Below are positions 1 to 12,471 of a stretch of 64,000 nt of DNA, one piece after another. This stretch comes from Podospora anserina. Taxonomy: Eukaryota. The position numbers and the translations under genes were made by a program. Each line of letters starts with the position of its first letter. The stretch's first letter is position 1. The stretch lies in the NCBI GenBank assembly GCA_017654855.1, contig CM030332.1, forward strand, positions 2,046,001-2,110,000. Direction: 5' to 3'. Under the pieces are notes generated by a model, which saw nothing but the letters and a program-made list of their open reading frames with translations, was not told the origin of the DNA and did no database searches.

Positions 1-937
1 TATGACTAGAGTCGCAATCAGACAGAAATGTCACAGAATTGGAGAGCTGGCGAGAAAAAGTCAGTGTTATTTTGCCTTGGTTTTCGGATGGTCGTGTCTC
101 ACATGTCAGCAACCGACCCACCAAAAACCATCAAATCAGGGCCCGAATGGCGTTACATCACTGCATGTGCCAAGCGCAGAGTGCATAAGCATCTTGCATA
201 GGGCTAAGCGATTCTCTCTTGATCTCAAACAACTTGTCTGGGCTTGTCAGCAGCCTGGAATATATCTAGTTATTCGGTTCAACACCATGTTATGTATTTG
301 ATTACGGGCGTTGTGGTTAGCGAATAGGACATATTGATGGACGATGAGTGTCACCTAGGATTGAGAGGAAATTGCTACATTGTGTTGAGCTAGGTGTGAT
401 GTTGATATCTTCACCATGCCTGAGGATGATGACACTGTCTGTATATAATTATCCTTGTCAATGGCCTAGTCACGGCATCATGTCATGGTGTCATTCATCT
501 CTACCACCGGGCACCTCATCATGGAACTAGTGGTGTTTCTCAATGAGTGTGGGAGTGCCTCTCCAGGGGTATAGGAGTTCCTCTCAGGGGTCATTACACT
601 CTGCAATACTGGTCCTATTTCCAACCGCATAACCCCTCGTTTTCCCAACATAATAACTGTTTCTTAATCTGTATCTTTGAGAATCGTTAGATCGTCTTGA
701 ATGCACTAGGAAGGAGCCTCAGGTAGTTGCCTGGAGGTACTCTGGTCCGCTCCTTCCCCCTTCTGTTACAAGGTTGCAAAGCCCTCGGAGGAGTTTCGGC
801 ACACACACGACTAGTTCTTTTAGGTGTATTTCAATTTCTGCCAGGCTTCGAAACTTTCCTTTGATCTCTCCCGGCCTTCATCAAAGACATCACCATCGTG
901 CTTGGAACGCCTTCTTATGATCCAACCCATCACCACT

Positions 938-1168
938 ATCTCGCAACGCCCTCTCACGATCTTGTAAGACCTCCTCACTACCATTGAAGGTATTGATTCT
1001 AACCTTTTAGGCCTTTCGATTTCAAAATTAGGCCTCGATCTTCTGTTCCAACTCCTTTCAAATCTCTCGATAGGCCTCAATATTATCTTTGAACGCTTAG
1101 TCACTATCTTCGAACGCCCAGTCAGCAGCTTCGAACGCCTCGTTTTTCTCTTCGAAGACCCTCAATTT
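938..1168. repeat. Degenerate 21-bp tandem repeat upstream of the MSH4 start
   Basis: Units ATCTTTGAACGCTTAGTCACT, ATCTTCGAACGCCCAGTCAGC, AGCTTCGAACGCCTCGTTTTT, CTCTTCGAAGACCCTCAATTT at 1085-1168. Weaker copies lie at 938-979. Confidence 0.6.
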
Positions 1169-1172
1169 CACA

Positions 1173-4100
1173 ATGGACGCGTCCAGCAGTTTTTCCGACT
1201 CCTCCATCATCCGGAGAGAGGCTCCTCCAGCTATCGTCAGGAGCAGCAACTTTACCCCCCGCCGGCCTACCACTCCCACCCTGGACAGCTCCCCTGACGC
1301 CTCCAACACCTCTCTTGGTCTCTCCAGCGCCGCTTACTCTGCCACCTATGACGCCTCGTTGGCTCCGTCTCCCTTTGCCGCTCCCTCCTACTTTGAAGCT
1401 GAGGAGTTCCAACATCATGTCGTCTGTGCTGTAGCCGAATCTCGCTCAGCCGGCGTTATCGGCCTCGCCACGATCAATTTGAACCTAGCCAGCTCCCAGA
1501 TTATCACCATTGCCAATGAAAGCAACTATACGACTCTCAAGCAGACTCTCTCTGCTATGCAGCACAAGCCGACCACATTCATCACTCTGCCCCGTATCAC
1601 TGCGGACCGTGCCTCTTCCAGACTGGCCGAGGTCTTGGAAGACGAAATTGGGTGGCCTACTTACACCACCACGATGCCCAGAGGATGTTGGGACAAAGCT
1701 CTTGGAATCATCAACATTGAGTACTACGCCTATAGCGACCAGATTGTCCCTCTCAAAGTCATACTGTCATCCAACAACTTCTACGCCGCCTGCGCCTTCG
1801 CGGCCGTACGTATATCATATCCTAATCACTTGGTTGACTGTCATGCTAATGAAATCTAGGTCGTCTCCTACATCGAGAGCTACCATGGCCTCGCAATCCG
1901 AGCAGGCGCACTCAACATCGAGTACGTCGAGCCCTCCGGAGTCATGCGGATGGACAAAGCAGCCATCCAAGCATTAGAACTCCTCCGCAACGGGCGCCAA
2001 GCCCAACCGGGCGACAATACGTTGTTCGCGTTAGCGAACAACACGCGGACTCCGGAGGGCCGGCGCCTGCTCACGAGGAGCGTCCTCCAGCCGATGACGA
2101 ACGAGGAGGAGATCAACCTCCACCACGACGCGGTAGAAACTCTGTGTGGCGACGAAGACGTGTTCCGGAAGCTGAGAGATTGGTTGAAGGAGTTCGACGG
2201 GATCGACTTGGAGTCTATCTCCGGCTGGGTGAGTGAAGACCAGCCCATGTAAAGTATGAGGCTTAGGTAGCAAAGAAAGTCTGACATTTTTGGTTAAGTT
2301 GGCAACAGACCATACTGTGATTCGGCAACCCGTGCAAAGCGGAATCGTGTCGAGCAGTGGTCGGCACATGTCGGCGGCCGTGGGAGCCCATGAGCTCTCA
2401 CAAGCCGAGGGGGATTTGAGCCGGGTCCTTGGGCTCAAATCCTACCTCAAAAACGTCCAAGCCCTCCACCAACTTCTCCGGGCCGCCGACGTGACCGACC
2501 ACTTGCTCGCGAGCGTAGCGAGCAAGACCGGCGCCGACAAGACCGGGCCGACCCTCGGCCTCCTCGCGGCGGTCCTCCAAGAAGACGCCGCCTACAGCCG
2601 TAGCGCGGCTGAGATTGGGCACGCCCGGATGTGGGCAATCCGGGCGTTGCCCAACGACGCCATCGACCTTGCCCGTGCTGAGCACAGGAGGACGCGTGAG
2701 GAGGCCGAGGCCTACTTTGCCCTGAAGCTCGCCCTGTTCCAAGGTAAGTTCGAAATGTTTTGGCTTGTTTTCTTTTTAGTTCTTTCAAGTTCAGGGTTGT
2801 TTGCAAGCGCTGCTCTCGTTATATCTGTCACCAGCTGGCAGCATTTCTGTTGATGTGAATGTCTTTTAATTTGTGTTTCCACGTGCGTTCTGATCTACCT
2901 CGCATTTTGGCTATATGAAGGGCGGTTCTGTATTTGTTGTTGATGTTTTTCCCTATCTGCTCTAATTCCTGGGCTGTATTGCAGTGCTAATATGACGTAG
3001 AGGTGTTGGGTGAAGCCGCTGCCCCGAAACTATTCGATGACAAGGACAAAGGACTGTGCTTCAAGTTCAAGTGGGCGGATGTCCGTCAATATGTCGACAC
3101 CGACGAGCCGCAGCCCGGGGAAATTTGGGGTCAAGCCAAGATTGGTTGTGTAAGGGTCAACCTCGGAATCCGAAGAGGCGAGCACTACCTGTGCCAGACC
3201 GACCGCTTGCTTGAATTGAGCCAGCAACTTCGAGTCCACTCCGACATCATCACCAAGGAAAGCGACAAGTACGTCCTCGAGTTGCGTAACGCCATCGCCG
3301 AGGCTGGTTATGTGGCCGACCTCACCTCGATATCAAAGGCTGTCGCCCAGTTGGACTTGATCTGTTCCCACGCCGAATTAACAACCACCCATGGATATGT
3401 TCGCCCAAAGCTCGGCAAGGAACTCGCTTTGATCAAAGCCCGTCACCCCATCATGGAAGCCAGAAGAGGTTTCGTTCCCAACGACGTGTTCTCTGGCGAT
3501 GACACCAAGTTCGTGGTAGTGACCGGTACAAACATGGGCGGCAAGACGACATACATCAAGACAATTGCCCTCATGCAGATTCTCGCTCAGATCGGCTGTT
3601 TCGTTCCAGCAGAGAGGGCAGCTGTTCCAATTTGCGACCGAATCTTTGTCCGGTCTGCAACCAACGACAATGCCGCAGGCAATGCCGGTACATTTGCGGT
3701 AGAGATGGACGAAATGTCTGTCATTTTGCAGTAAGTCTTGTCATTCTCCTGCGTCTCTGCAGACACCTAACTCTTTATGCAGCGGCGCCACCAACAAGAG
3801 CTTGGTGATCATTGATGAACTTGGTCGAGGAACCTCCACCGCCGAGGGTCTAGGACTCGCCGCCGCCATGGCAGAAGAGCTCGTAAAGAAGAAGTCTCGT
3901 GTCTTTTTCGCAACCCATTTCCTCGACCTGGGTAAGTCGGGTCCCTTGCCTCGATAGATGCCCTGAAGTAATACTGACCACGTCTTCAACCTTTTTAGGC
4001 AAAATGTTGAATGCCTGGTATCCATCACAAGTTCTTAACGTCCACATGACCAGCCATGGTTCTGTCGAGGACGGCCACGCCACGATTTCCCTCCCCCACA

Positions 4101-4435
4101 CCGTCGTCGCCGGCCCGGTGAACAATTGGGATTACGGCCTGGAGCTCGCCAGTCGCTACTTCCCAGCAAGCCTCATCGAGAGTGCCAGAAACTGGTCAAA
4201 ATATCACCAAGAGCAAGCAGAGCTTAGCCGCAAAAAGAGGACGTCAGCCGAGATGAAGAGCGCAGCGGAGGTCGCCCTTATGCATCATATGGAGCAGGCG
4301 CTGTCTTCGCAGATGAGTAACATGGAGTTGGCGGAGAGATTGGAGGTGATGACCGATCAGTACAAGGCCTTGGAAGAGAGAGGTGAGGTGTCGAATGAGG
4401 GCGGTGAGGCGTCGAATGATAATGCCGAGGCCTAA
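1173..4435 (+). CDS. MSH4: MutS homolog, meiotic MSH4-like; exons 1173-1805, 1860-2228, 2299-2743, 3001-3730, 3783-3931, 3999-4435
   Basis: GT-AG introns join the ORF pieces in phase. MutS ATPase motifs [32 protein letters not shown] and FATHF are present. The N-terminal S/P-rich tail followed by [13 protein letters not shown] and no mismatch-binding domain I fit MSH4. Confidence 0.85.
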
Positions 4436-5979
4436 GGGTTGTTTTTTGAGATATATCGCAGGGGGGAATGGCATCATATGGAGAGATGGAGGAAAATAAT
4501 AGGGATAATGGTAGATTTTGGGCCACATGTTATGGTTTTATCATGCGTTATTTGTTGGGACATGTATCATGGCTATTCTCATGCATTACTTGCTTTCTTG
4601 TAGGCGTACAATGAAACAATCGGAGCGTATCTTTGGCAGGAAGATGCATATCATCTGTTTTTTTCATCTCTTTCTGCTATACAGGTGTATCCCCAGCGTG
4701 CTTTCAAGAGGTATATTCCCAGGCCCTGCCCCATGAGCACCTACACTTAAAGGATGGAAATGACCCCGAGGCGACACACCGTTCTTTGCGGCAAGAATGA
4801 AGTTGTTCTAGAGCCTACTTGCCCGTAGTAGATCTCAAATGCGGTATTGGAGGAAATACGATGAATAAGGTGGTGGCAATGTTCGCTCGGTGAGATTGCC
4901 TAGAAGGTCATAGGTCCATAAAAGTCATCCTTGAGCAGAGCGGCAAAGGTGGCCGATTAGCCGCGCGTTCGAGGAGCATGGGACGGTCGTTGACTGGGTT
5001 GGTGAATACGAGCAGAGCGGGAAGTGGAAGCTGACAAAGCCAAATGAGGTCTGAAAGATCTCGGTGAATCTGTTGTGCAACAACAGGGGAAGAACTAGAT
5101 TCAAGAGCCTCAGGAAACCGATATACGATGAAAAGGCTGCCGAAGGTAGTTGTTGGGCGCTGTTGGTTTAGTGTGTATCGACCAATTGATGTTGAATCTG
5201 GAGAGAAAACAGATGAATCCGCTTGGTTTATAGAAAGAAACTCACTGTGGTATTTGTGAGACTGAGATCGAATGCAAACGAGGATCTAGGTACAAAGTTG
5301 TGAAATTATTGCTGACGCCGTCTGCCAACTAACCCCATATCCGAGTAATCCGGCTTGCGGAGACTTGCCCAAAGCTACCACAGTCCGCCCTACCACCATG
5401 AGCTGCCAGCCTCGACTCCAACCACCCGCTGGTTGACCGCTAATCTAACCGGTGAGTACCTTAATCCCGAATTACTTGCATTAGCTGACTGTTACCAGAT
5501 ATCCTCCAGGGCTGCAGATCGCTGGTCGCTTGTCATAGGTTCCCGAGTGCTGGGTTTTAGCGGAAATCCGAGCAGAACCACCCACCACGACGTATTCGCA
5601 AGCTCAGTCGCGATATGGATGAATCGAGGGAGCCACATAGGGCTGGTGATGGTTCAGCTGGCCAACTTGCTCTTATCAGTCATCGATATGCCCCGAAATG
5701 AACGCAGCTGCGGGAGGCATAAGGGCACCACTGGTCGAGCTGGGAGCTGGGAGGCGGTCAACTGATGCCGCTTCGCAGATGGCTTACACCAACTAGCTGC
5801 GCCTCGAGGGTCAGGATGACGGGAGGGTTGAGACAAGATATTAAACAGTATGGTGTTCGGTCTGGGGTATGGATGGCTGTATAAAGGGCTGCCGTTGTCA
5901 AGTATCAAGGACGATACGGACAGAGCAGTCTTGACAGAATACATCACAAGAAAGCACAACATTAACTTCAGCAGAAAAC

Positions 5980-8083
5980 ATGAGCACCACAGGCAACATT
6001 GCGATTACTGGGATTCCTACCACGGCCGGTCCAGATGGTAACACGATCCAACCATGCCAACATGCTGGGGCCGAGTTTGACACAGGCTGACATTGAACAG
6101 GATCGTTCCCCCTTCGCCGAGAGCTCCGGGACCTCCAGCGCAACTATCCTGACCACTTCAACCTCCTCGTCCTTGCGCTGAAGGACTTCCAAGCCCTCAA
6201 CGAGTCAGTCCAGACATCCTACTACCAGATCGCTGGTATCCATGGTCTGCCCTACAAGCCTTGGAACAACGTCGGCAGCAACAGTGACTGGCAGTCGACA
6301 AGCGGGTTCGGGGGGTACTGCACCCATTCCTCGATTCTCTTCTTAACATGGCACCGTCCGTACCTTGCTCTCTTCGAGCAGGCTCTGTACAACTCCATCC
6401 AGAAGATTGCCAACCAGTTTCCTCAAGGCCCCCTCCGAACCAAGTATGTCGAGGCGGCCAAGACATTCCGCATGCCTTACTTCGACTGGGCTAGCCAGCC
6501 ACCTTCTGGGTCTTCAGCTTTCCCCAGTGCTTTTACGGCCCCGAGCCTCCAAGTGGTTGATGTGGATGGCAAGACCAAGTCCACTGCCAACCCGATCTAC
6601 CGCTTCGTGTTCCACCCGGTGAACCCCTCGCCGGGCGACTTTCCTAGACAGGTATGGACCTTCTTACTCAAAGGTAGAATATCGAGATGGCTGACAACCT
6701 GATTCCAGTGGAGCCGGTTTCCCACAACTGTCCGCTACCCCAACCCGAGAACTGGGCAGTCTCAGGATAACCGCGTGGCACCCATCCTGGCCAACGAGCT
6801 GGCTTCTCTTCGCACCAACGTCAGCCTTCTTCTGCTGTCTTACACCAACTTTGACGCCTTCAGCTTCAACAGATGGGACCCGAACATGACCCCTGGCGAG
6901 TTCGGCAGTCTTGAGGACGTACATAACGAGATCCACGATCGAACTGGAGGGGGCGGGCACATGTCTTCTTTGGATGTGTCATCGTTTGATCCCCTGTTCT
7001 GGTTCCATCATACGTAGGTCTTCGTATCAAGGTGTGTACAACAGCCTTTGCTAACTACGAGGCAGCAACGTCGACCGTCTCTGGGCCATCTGGCAAGACC
7101 TCAACCCCGACAACTTCTTGACACCCCGTCCAGCCCCTTACTCGACCTTTAACTCGACGGAAGGCGAGTCCCAGACCAAGGACACCCCCCTGACCCCCTT
7201 CTGGGACAAGTCAGCTACCAAGTTCTGGACCTCAGAGGAGATCAAGGATACCACGACCACCTTCGGCTACGCCTACCCCGAGACTCAAGAGTGGAAGTAC
7301 AGGACCGGCTCCGAGTACCAAACCTCCATCCGACAGGCAGTCACAACCCTCTACGGCACCAACGTCTTTGCCAACTTCGCCGCTGCCAACGTCCAGGCCA
7401 GAGCCACCGAGCACACAGAGCTGATCAAGAGCCTGTCCCTCGCCGCTCCTCCCCCTTCGGCTCCTATCACAGCAGAGAAACCCCTCCTCATCACCCAAGA
7501 GATGAAGGCCAGCCCCATCCCCGAACATCTCCAACACCTCGCCCCGAACAACAAGTACCCCGAATGGGTGGTCAACATCCGCGCCCAGAAACACGGCCTC
7601 CACGGTGCCTTCCGCGTCATCGTCTTCCTCGGCCCCATTGACGAGTCCGACCCTGACTCTTGGCAGACAGAGTTCAACACTGTCGGCCGTGTCTCTGTCC
7701 TTGGGCGCTCCACTCAAGGACCGACAACCACCAAGTGCGCCAAGTGCATCACTGATGCGGCAGATGAGCTGATGATCTCTGGGACGGTGCCTTTGACTTC
7801 GGCCCTGTTGCAGGATATTGTCAATGAGAATACTGGCTTGCATAGCCTGCAGCCAGAGGAAGTGGTGCCGTATTTGAAGAAGGAGCTCAAGTGGAAGGTG
7901 ACGATGTTTGAGACTGGGGCGGAGAAGGATTGTGGGGAGGTTCCGGGGTTGAGGGTGAGTGTCACTAGCACTGAGGTTACTATTGGGGAGGATGGGCTGC
8001 CGGATTATTCGGGGGTGTATACCGTGTATCCGGAGATCACGGATGGAAAGCCGGGTGGTATGAGAGACGGTGAGCACATCTAA
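5980..8083 (+). CDS. TYR: Tyrosinase (monophenol monooxygenase); exons 5980-6037, 6101-6651, 6709-7013, 7066-8083
   Basis: The spliced product begins MSTTGNIAITGIPTTAGPDGSFPLRRE. CuA motifs IAGIHG, YCTH, WHRPYL and CuB motifs HNEIH, FDPLFWFHH are present, plus a C-terminal shielding domain with CxxC. Confidence 0.95.
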
Positions 8084-8273
8084 CGGGACGAGAAAGCACA
8101 TGTAGGAGATGGGAACGCACGATGGAAATGAACACAATAGCACAAGAAACTGGGTATCAAAATTTCAGTCAACGTAGCAAATAACGAAATAACGAAGACC
8201 ATGCTTTTATCGCCCAAACGCCGTTCCAAAATGCCCAACCGAAACCGTGCCAAAACAACAAGTCGCCCATCAT

Positions 8274-9122
8274 CTAGAAAGCAATCCGACGTTTCCGCCC
8301 CGTGTACTTGCTCGTAGTCTTGACAACCTTTCCCTTCCTCTCCATCTGTTCCTTCTTCTTGATAATCCACTGCTTGCTACCCTTCTTGATCTCCCCCTTC
8401 CCAGACGACCTGCCCTGCCTCCGGTTATCCACCACATCCACCCCCTCCATATTCTCAACCACACCGGTAATATCCCCGCTCTTGGTATTGGCCACCGCGC
8501 TCTGACCCGCCGTCAAGACCAAGTAAACCTTTACATTCTTCGTATCAGGATCATCCTCAAGCATACCCGCCCCAAAACCAGCCTTGACCGCAGCAGAAGT
8601 GATCATCTGCTTCTGGACATCGTTCTTTGGATAAAACTGACACACCGCCCTCCCACCCCGCTTCAAGCTCTGATACAACCCCCCGAAAAACCTCGCCAAC
8701 CTCTGCTGGGGAGAGGTCTCGCTGCTCTCGGCGTTGCAAAGCCACTGGATGGCGCTGATGCTGATCGCTGCGTCGAAGGTGCCGGCGCGGAAGGGGACGC
8801 CCTGGCCGATGTCGGCGAGGAACAAGTCGCCTTCTACGTCGCGCTGCAGGGCGACGTCGAGCATGGAAGGGGAGATGTCCATGCCGATCCAGACGTGAGG
8901 TCCGCCTTCCTCGGGGGGGATGTCGGAGAGGATCTCGCCTGAGAGGCCGGAGCCGCAGCCGACGTCGAGGATGAGGGAGGGGGTTTTGAGGTCGAGGAGC
9001 TCGAGGGCGCGGCGGGTCATGGAGGCTTGGATGTTTTGGATGCGGGAGGAGGTGGTGTACTTGCGGGCTTCGACGTCGTCGTAGTGGACGTCTGCGAGGA
9101 GGGTGTCTTCGGGGCGGGACAT
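8274..9122 (-). CDS. BUD23: 18S rRNA guanine-N7 methyltransferase Bud23/WBSCR22
   Basis: Starts MSRPE, has SAM motif ILDVGCGSGLSG and AISISAIQWLCNA, and ends SKYTGRKRRIAF. Intronless. Confidence 0.95.
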   Translation of the reverse strand: MSRPEDTLLADVHYDDVEARKYTTSSRIQNIQASMTRRALELLDLKTPSLILDVGCGSGLSGEILSDIPPEEGGPHVWIGMDISPSMLDVALQRDVEGDLFLADIGQGVPFRAGTFDAAISISAIQWLCNAESSETSPQQRLARFFGGLYQSLKRGGRAVCQFYPKNDVQKQMITSAAVKAGFGAGMLEDDPDTKNVKVYLVLTAGQSAVANTKSGDITGVVENMEGVDVVDNRRQGRSSGKGEIKKGSKQWIIKKKEQMERKGKVVKTTSKYTGRKRRIAF

Positions 9123-9974
9123 GGTGGGTGGTTGGGGTTTAGGTATTTACTAGGTAAAGCGCAGTTCTAGATAGTCACAATTCGCGATGCGCTCGAGAGG
9201 CTGTGGAGGGGGTCGCTGGTTGAGTTGGACTGTGGACTTGGGTCGCAAGCTTTGGCTGGGGAGCTTGGGAAATTCTACGATAAGGATTTTTTGGACAGAT
9301 TATGGTGGGGCGGGTGGGTGGTCTGCAGGGTTCTCGGTGCGCTGGGCGTTAAAATGAATTGCGCCTCGAAGCATATATCCACAGCTCGAGTGAACAATGA
9401 GAATGATGTATGTTAAATGAGTAGCTGCTTTAACATTAGTTACTCCTATTACAACATCAGAAGCATACCTATACAAGTGCTCCAACTAGTTGTAGTTGCG
9501 AACTTTAAGATCTTGTCGTTATCTAATCGGGATCAACAATGTACCGAATCCCGGTAGTTGACTTCTTATAGTGGAGATGCTGCTACAATAAAAAAACAGG
9601 GCATGGCCCGTCGCCCAAAATGCGGGAACGCGCCAAGCTTTCAATTAACACGCGTTCGCTTTCAGGGGGCAGTTGCCATTGACGTCGTTGAACACCTATG
9701 CTGGATTGTGGTTGCCCATACAAACCCGGCCTATGTGCCTAATAGAGGAACCCAGTACCGATTGAAGTGTACTGCTGAGACTTGTATTCCCCGACAAGCA
9801 CTCTCGAAGAATCTGTCCCTTTTCGAGACGCCTTGAAGCTATCTTCAAGAGGTCTTCTTGTTTCCCCAATACTACCTCATCTGCGCCGACAACACCCTTT
9901 TTACTTCTCAACGGCCTTTTCCTCTCTCGATAACCCTACCTTTCGCTTCAAGAGACCTCGAATTGCTGCTCAAC

Positions 9975-10932
9975 ATGTGGATCTTGCCGTTGGTCGGATA
10001 CCTCGGGTCGATCGTGGGCTTTGGCTTCATGACCCTGGCCATAGGTATGCTCCCTTGCATGCGTTCAAACTATCTTGAGAGGGCCATATGGTCGCTTCAT
10101 ATACCTTTGTCTTTTCTCCATATCCCTCTGAAGATAGTCTGGATGCCGCCCACTTTCTTTCCAATGTCTGTTGGTGACTGTCGAATGCGTCTCGCGATCG
10201 TTCGAATGGCTTTAAAACGGACCCAATACATCTTCACTTTCGCTGACGTGCTTCCAATATAGCCTCCGGCCTCTACTACCTCTCTGAACTCGTCGAAGAG
10301 CACACCGTCATTGCGAAGCGCTTCCTCTCCAAGCTCATTTACTCGATCATGGCCCTCCAGCTTCTCCTCTGCGTCGTCGACCGCTTCCCCTTCTTCCTCA
10401 CCGTTCTCGGCATCTTCTCGCACTTTATCTACTTAGGCAACATGCGGCGCTTTCCCTTTGTGAAACTCACAGACCCCTTGTTCCTCGCCTCGTGTGGTGA
10501 GTTGCCCCCGTCCCAACCCAAGTACCTACCGATAAAGCGTAGACTAACCCCTCTCTCTACCCAACAGCCCTCGTTTTAATCAACCACTACGTCTGGTTCA
10601 AACACTTCTCCCACCACCAAGAACGCGCCTACCAAAACGTCTCCTATTACGACACTCCTGACGACATCCCCACCTTCACCGAGATCGCCTCCTACTTTGG
10701 GCTCTGCGTCTGGCTCGTTCCCTTCGCATTGTTTGTTTCCCTCTCAGCAAGCGACAACGTCCTCCCCACCATGGGAAGCGGGAGCAGCGGTGACTTCTCC
10801 TCGTCGTCTACATCAAACGGCAGCAAAAAGAGAGGACAGGGCATGTTCAAGGCGCTGGTGGATGGAGTCCTAAATACAATGGCCGAGTTGGGCAACATGA
10901 CGGGGTTGAAGAAGCTGGAGGATAGGCTCTAG
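9975..10932 (+). CDS. SVP26: Svp26/Erv26 (TEX261 family) ER-Golgi cargo adaptor; exons 9975-10044, 10263-10496, 10568-10932
   Basis: Spliced product MWILPLVGYLG...LAIASGLYYLSELVEEHTV...LINHYVWF...EIASYFGLCVWLVPFALFVSLSASDNVLP. Introns are in phase. Confidence 0.9.
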
Positions 10933-11565
10933 GAGCGCCTCGCAAGAAACACAGTTGAATCAAGAAAAGGATTGGAGAATGAGCAAAGGCCGAATGAGCC
11001 GGATCTGGGAAACGCCGCGGTGGAGTTTGTGGCTACACGTGACTGGAAGAAACGGCTTCGTGGCAGAATTCAAGGCTTGCGATCGCAGCCGGACGAGCAA
11101 GGGCCTTGGCGCGAGAGCGAGCAAGTTCGCTTGTGGGCGGTGCTGGCCGGGCAAGATTGGGCGTGAGAGCAGGCGACGGGGGTGGGGGGGCTATGGCGAG
11201 CATACGTTTTGGAAGGGGAGGAGACGAGAGTAAGTGGGTTTTTTGTTCCGTGCTCCAACGCTGGAGATAGTATGGAAGTTGTGTTTGGCTAACGGAGGAA
11301 TTTAGGAATGGCCTTGCTATGACCGGTTGTCCCCCGGGATCTAGTTGATCCCATACATCTATAGAGCCAAGCCGAGCTGTTGAAGCCGGGCCTGCTGAAA
11401 GAACTGGGTCTGTCTCGATGTTTGACCGCAATATTGTTCTCCTCTTTGTGATAGTGTTGTTGACGTTGCTTGTTTCACTTGTTCGTCTGCTGTCTGGTAA
11501 TGTATATCCTCCTCCCCCGCTGCCAATTTGCCGTGAGAGCCAGCTCCCTATTGCTATCTATCTAC

Positions 11566-12471
11566 CTACTTACAATGCGCCTTCGCACAATCGGCCCAGT
11601 ACTTCCTCTGCAGCCCGTCAAAGTCGATCTCTATGCCCGCAACCTCCACTCTCGGCAGCTCAGCGAACCTTGTCTTGCCGTCCTTCTCGATTTCCATGAT
11701 AAGATCCCTTTGTGCGTCGAGGTCTCTCTGGAGCTGGTCTAACTTGGAGGGATCGATGCAAGTGCAATCTTCTCCATTAAGAACATGCCTACAGACCGCT
11801 TCTCTCTGTTTGCCTTTTTCTGAAGAGCTAGGGCCGATGGGCTCTAAGCTAAGGAGAGTGTTGGGTCCGGGGTAGTTGCTCAAGAGGTGAGGAGTTGGAG
11901 GAGCAGGGTTGATCCGAACGTCACCTGGTTCGGTGGTCATTCCATCTGAAGGATCATCGTACAGGTCGCCTGGGTCCTCTTCCAAGTCCTCTTCAACGAC
12001 CTCCAGGGCCGTGACCCCCCTTTCTTGGTTCGTCGACCGAATGCTCTCTGCATCAGTCCAGTTCCAGTTCGAATTCGCCCTTTCTGAGCCACCCCACCGA
12101 CTACTACTGCCATCGGGGGGGTCGTCCATGCCCCATTCATGCATGGGTCTTATCCATGATCGACGAGAGATGGTTGTTTGGGACCTGTTCGATTGGGTTC
12201 TGATCTCGTCGTCCTCCGCGGCCGTGGTGAAGATCTCTGTCCACCCATCTCCAGACACAGAGGATGCAGTAAAGGACTCGTCGTCGGTATCCGGGAATGC
12301 GGATGGTGAAAGCAAGGCTTGGTTGAGGGCTTGGTCTAGGTCAGGTCCAGATCGAGGTGCCGCGTCGGATGAACGCATAACGTCGTCGAGAAGGACAAGG
12401 GTGCCTTCGAACTGAGCCGCTGCTCGAACGGCTCCCTGTGAGGGGTCATGGGTATCTAATGATGGCTCCAT
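11566..12471 (-). CDS. Hypothetical acidic low-complexity protein; probably continues after an intron into ~11033-11510
   Basis: A ~300-codon ORF ending at a GTAAGT donor-like site. No recognisable domain, and the downstream exon was not resolved. Confidence 0.5.
   Translation of the reverse strand: MEPSLDTHDPSQGAVRAAAQFEGTLVLLDDVMRSSDAAPRSGPDLDQALNQALLSPSAFPDTDDESFTASSVSGDGWTEIFTTAAEDDEIRTQSNRSQTTISRRSWIRPMHEWGMDDPPDGSSSRWGGSERANSNWNWTDAESIRSTNQERGVTALEVVEEDLEEDPGDLYDDPSDGMTTEPGDVRINPAPPTPHLLSNYPGPNTLLSLEPIGPSSSEKGKQREAVCRHVLNGEDCTCIDPSKLDQLQRDLDAQRDLIMEIEKDGKTRFAELPRVEVAGIEIDFDGLQRKYWADCAKAHCK

Noticed and set aside
342-499. Recurrent GATGA.TG.CAC motif in both orientations
   Set aside because: Short and degenerate; significance cannot be shown.
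4900-5235. Minus-strand TATAAA, leader-like tract and a 23-codon ORF
   Set aside because: Could be a small transcript, but nothing distinguishes it from background without expression data.
7232-8143. Long antisense ORFs over real genes (also 8247-8942, 37200-37835, 44172-45014, 49508-50281, 53591-54208)
   Set aside because: These are shadows of codon-biased genes on the opposite strand and carry no independent motifs.
8170-8276. Open frame after the BUD23 TAG (about 34 codons), and 27 codons after the microprotein TAG at 32768
   Set aside because: Lengths are within chance expectation and the contexts are less favourable for editing.
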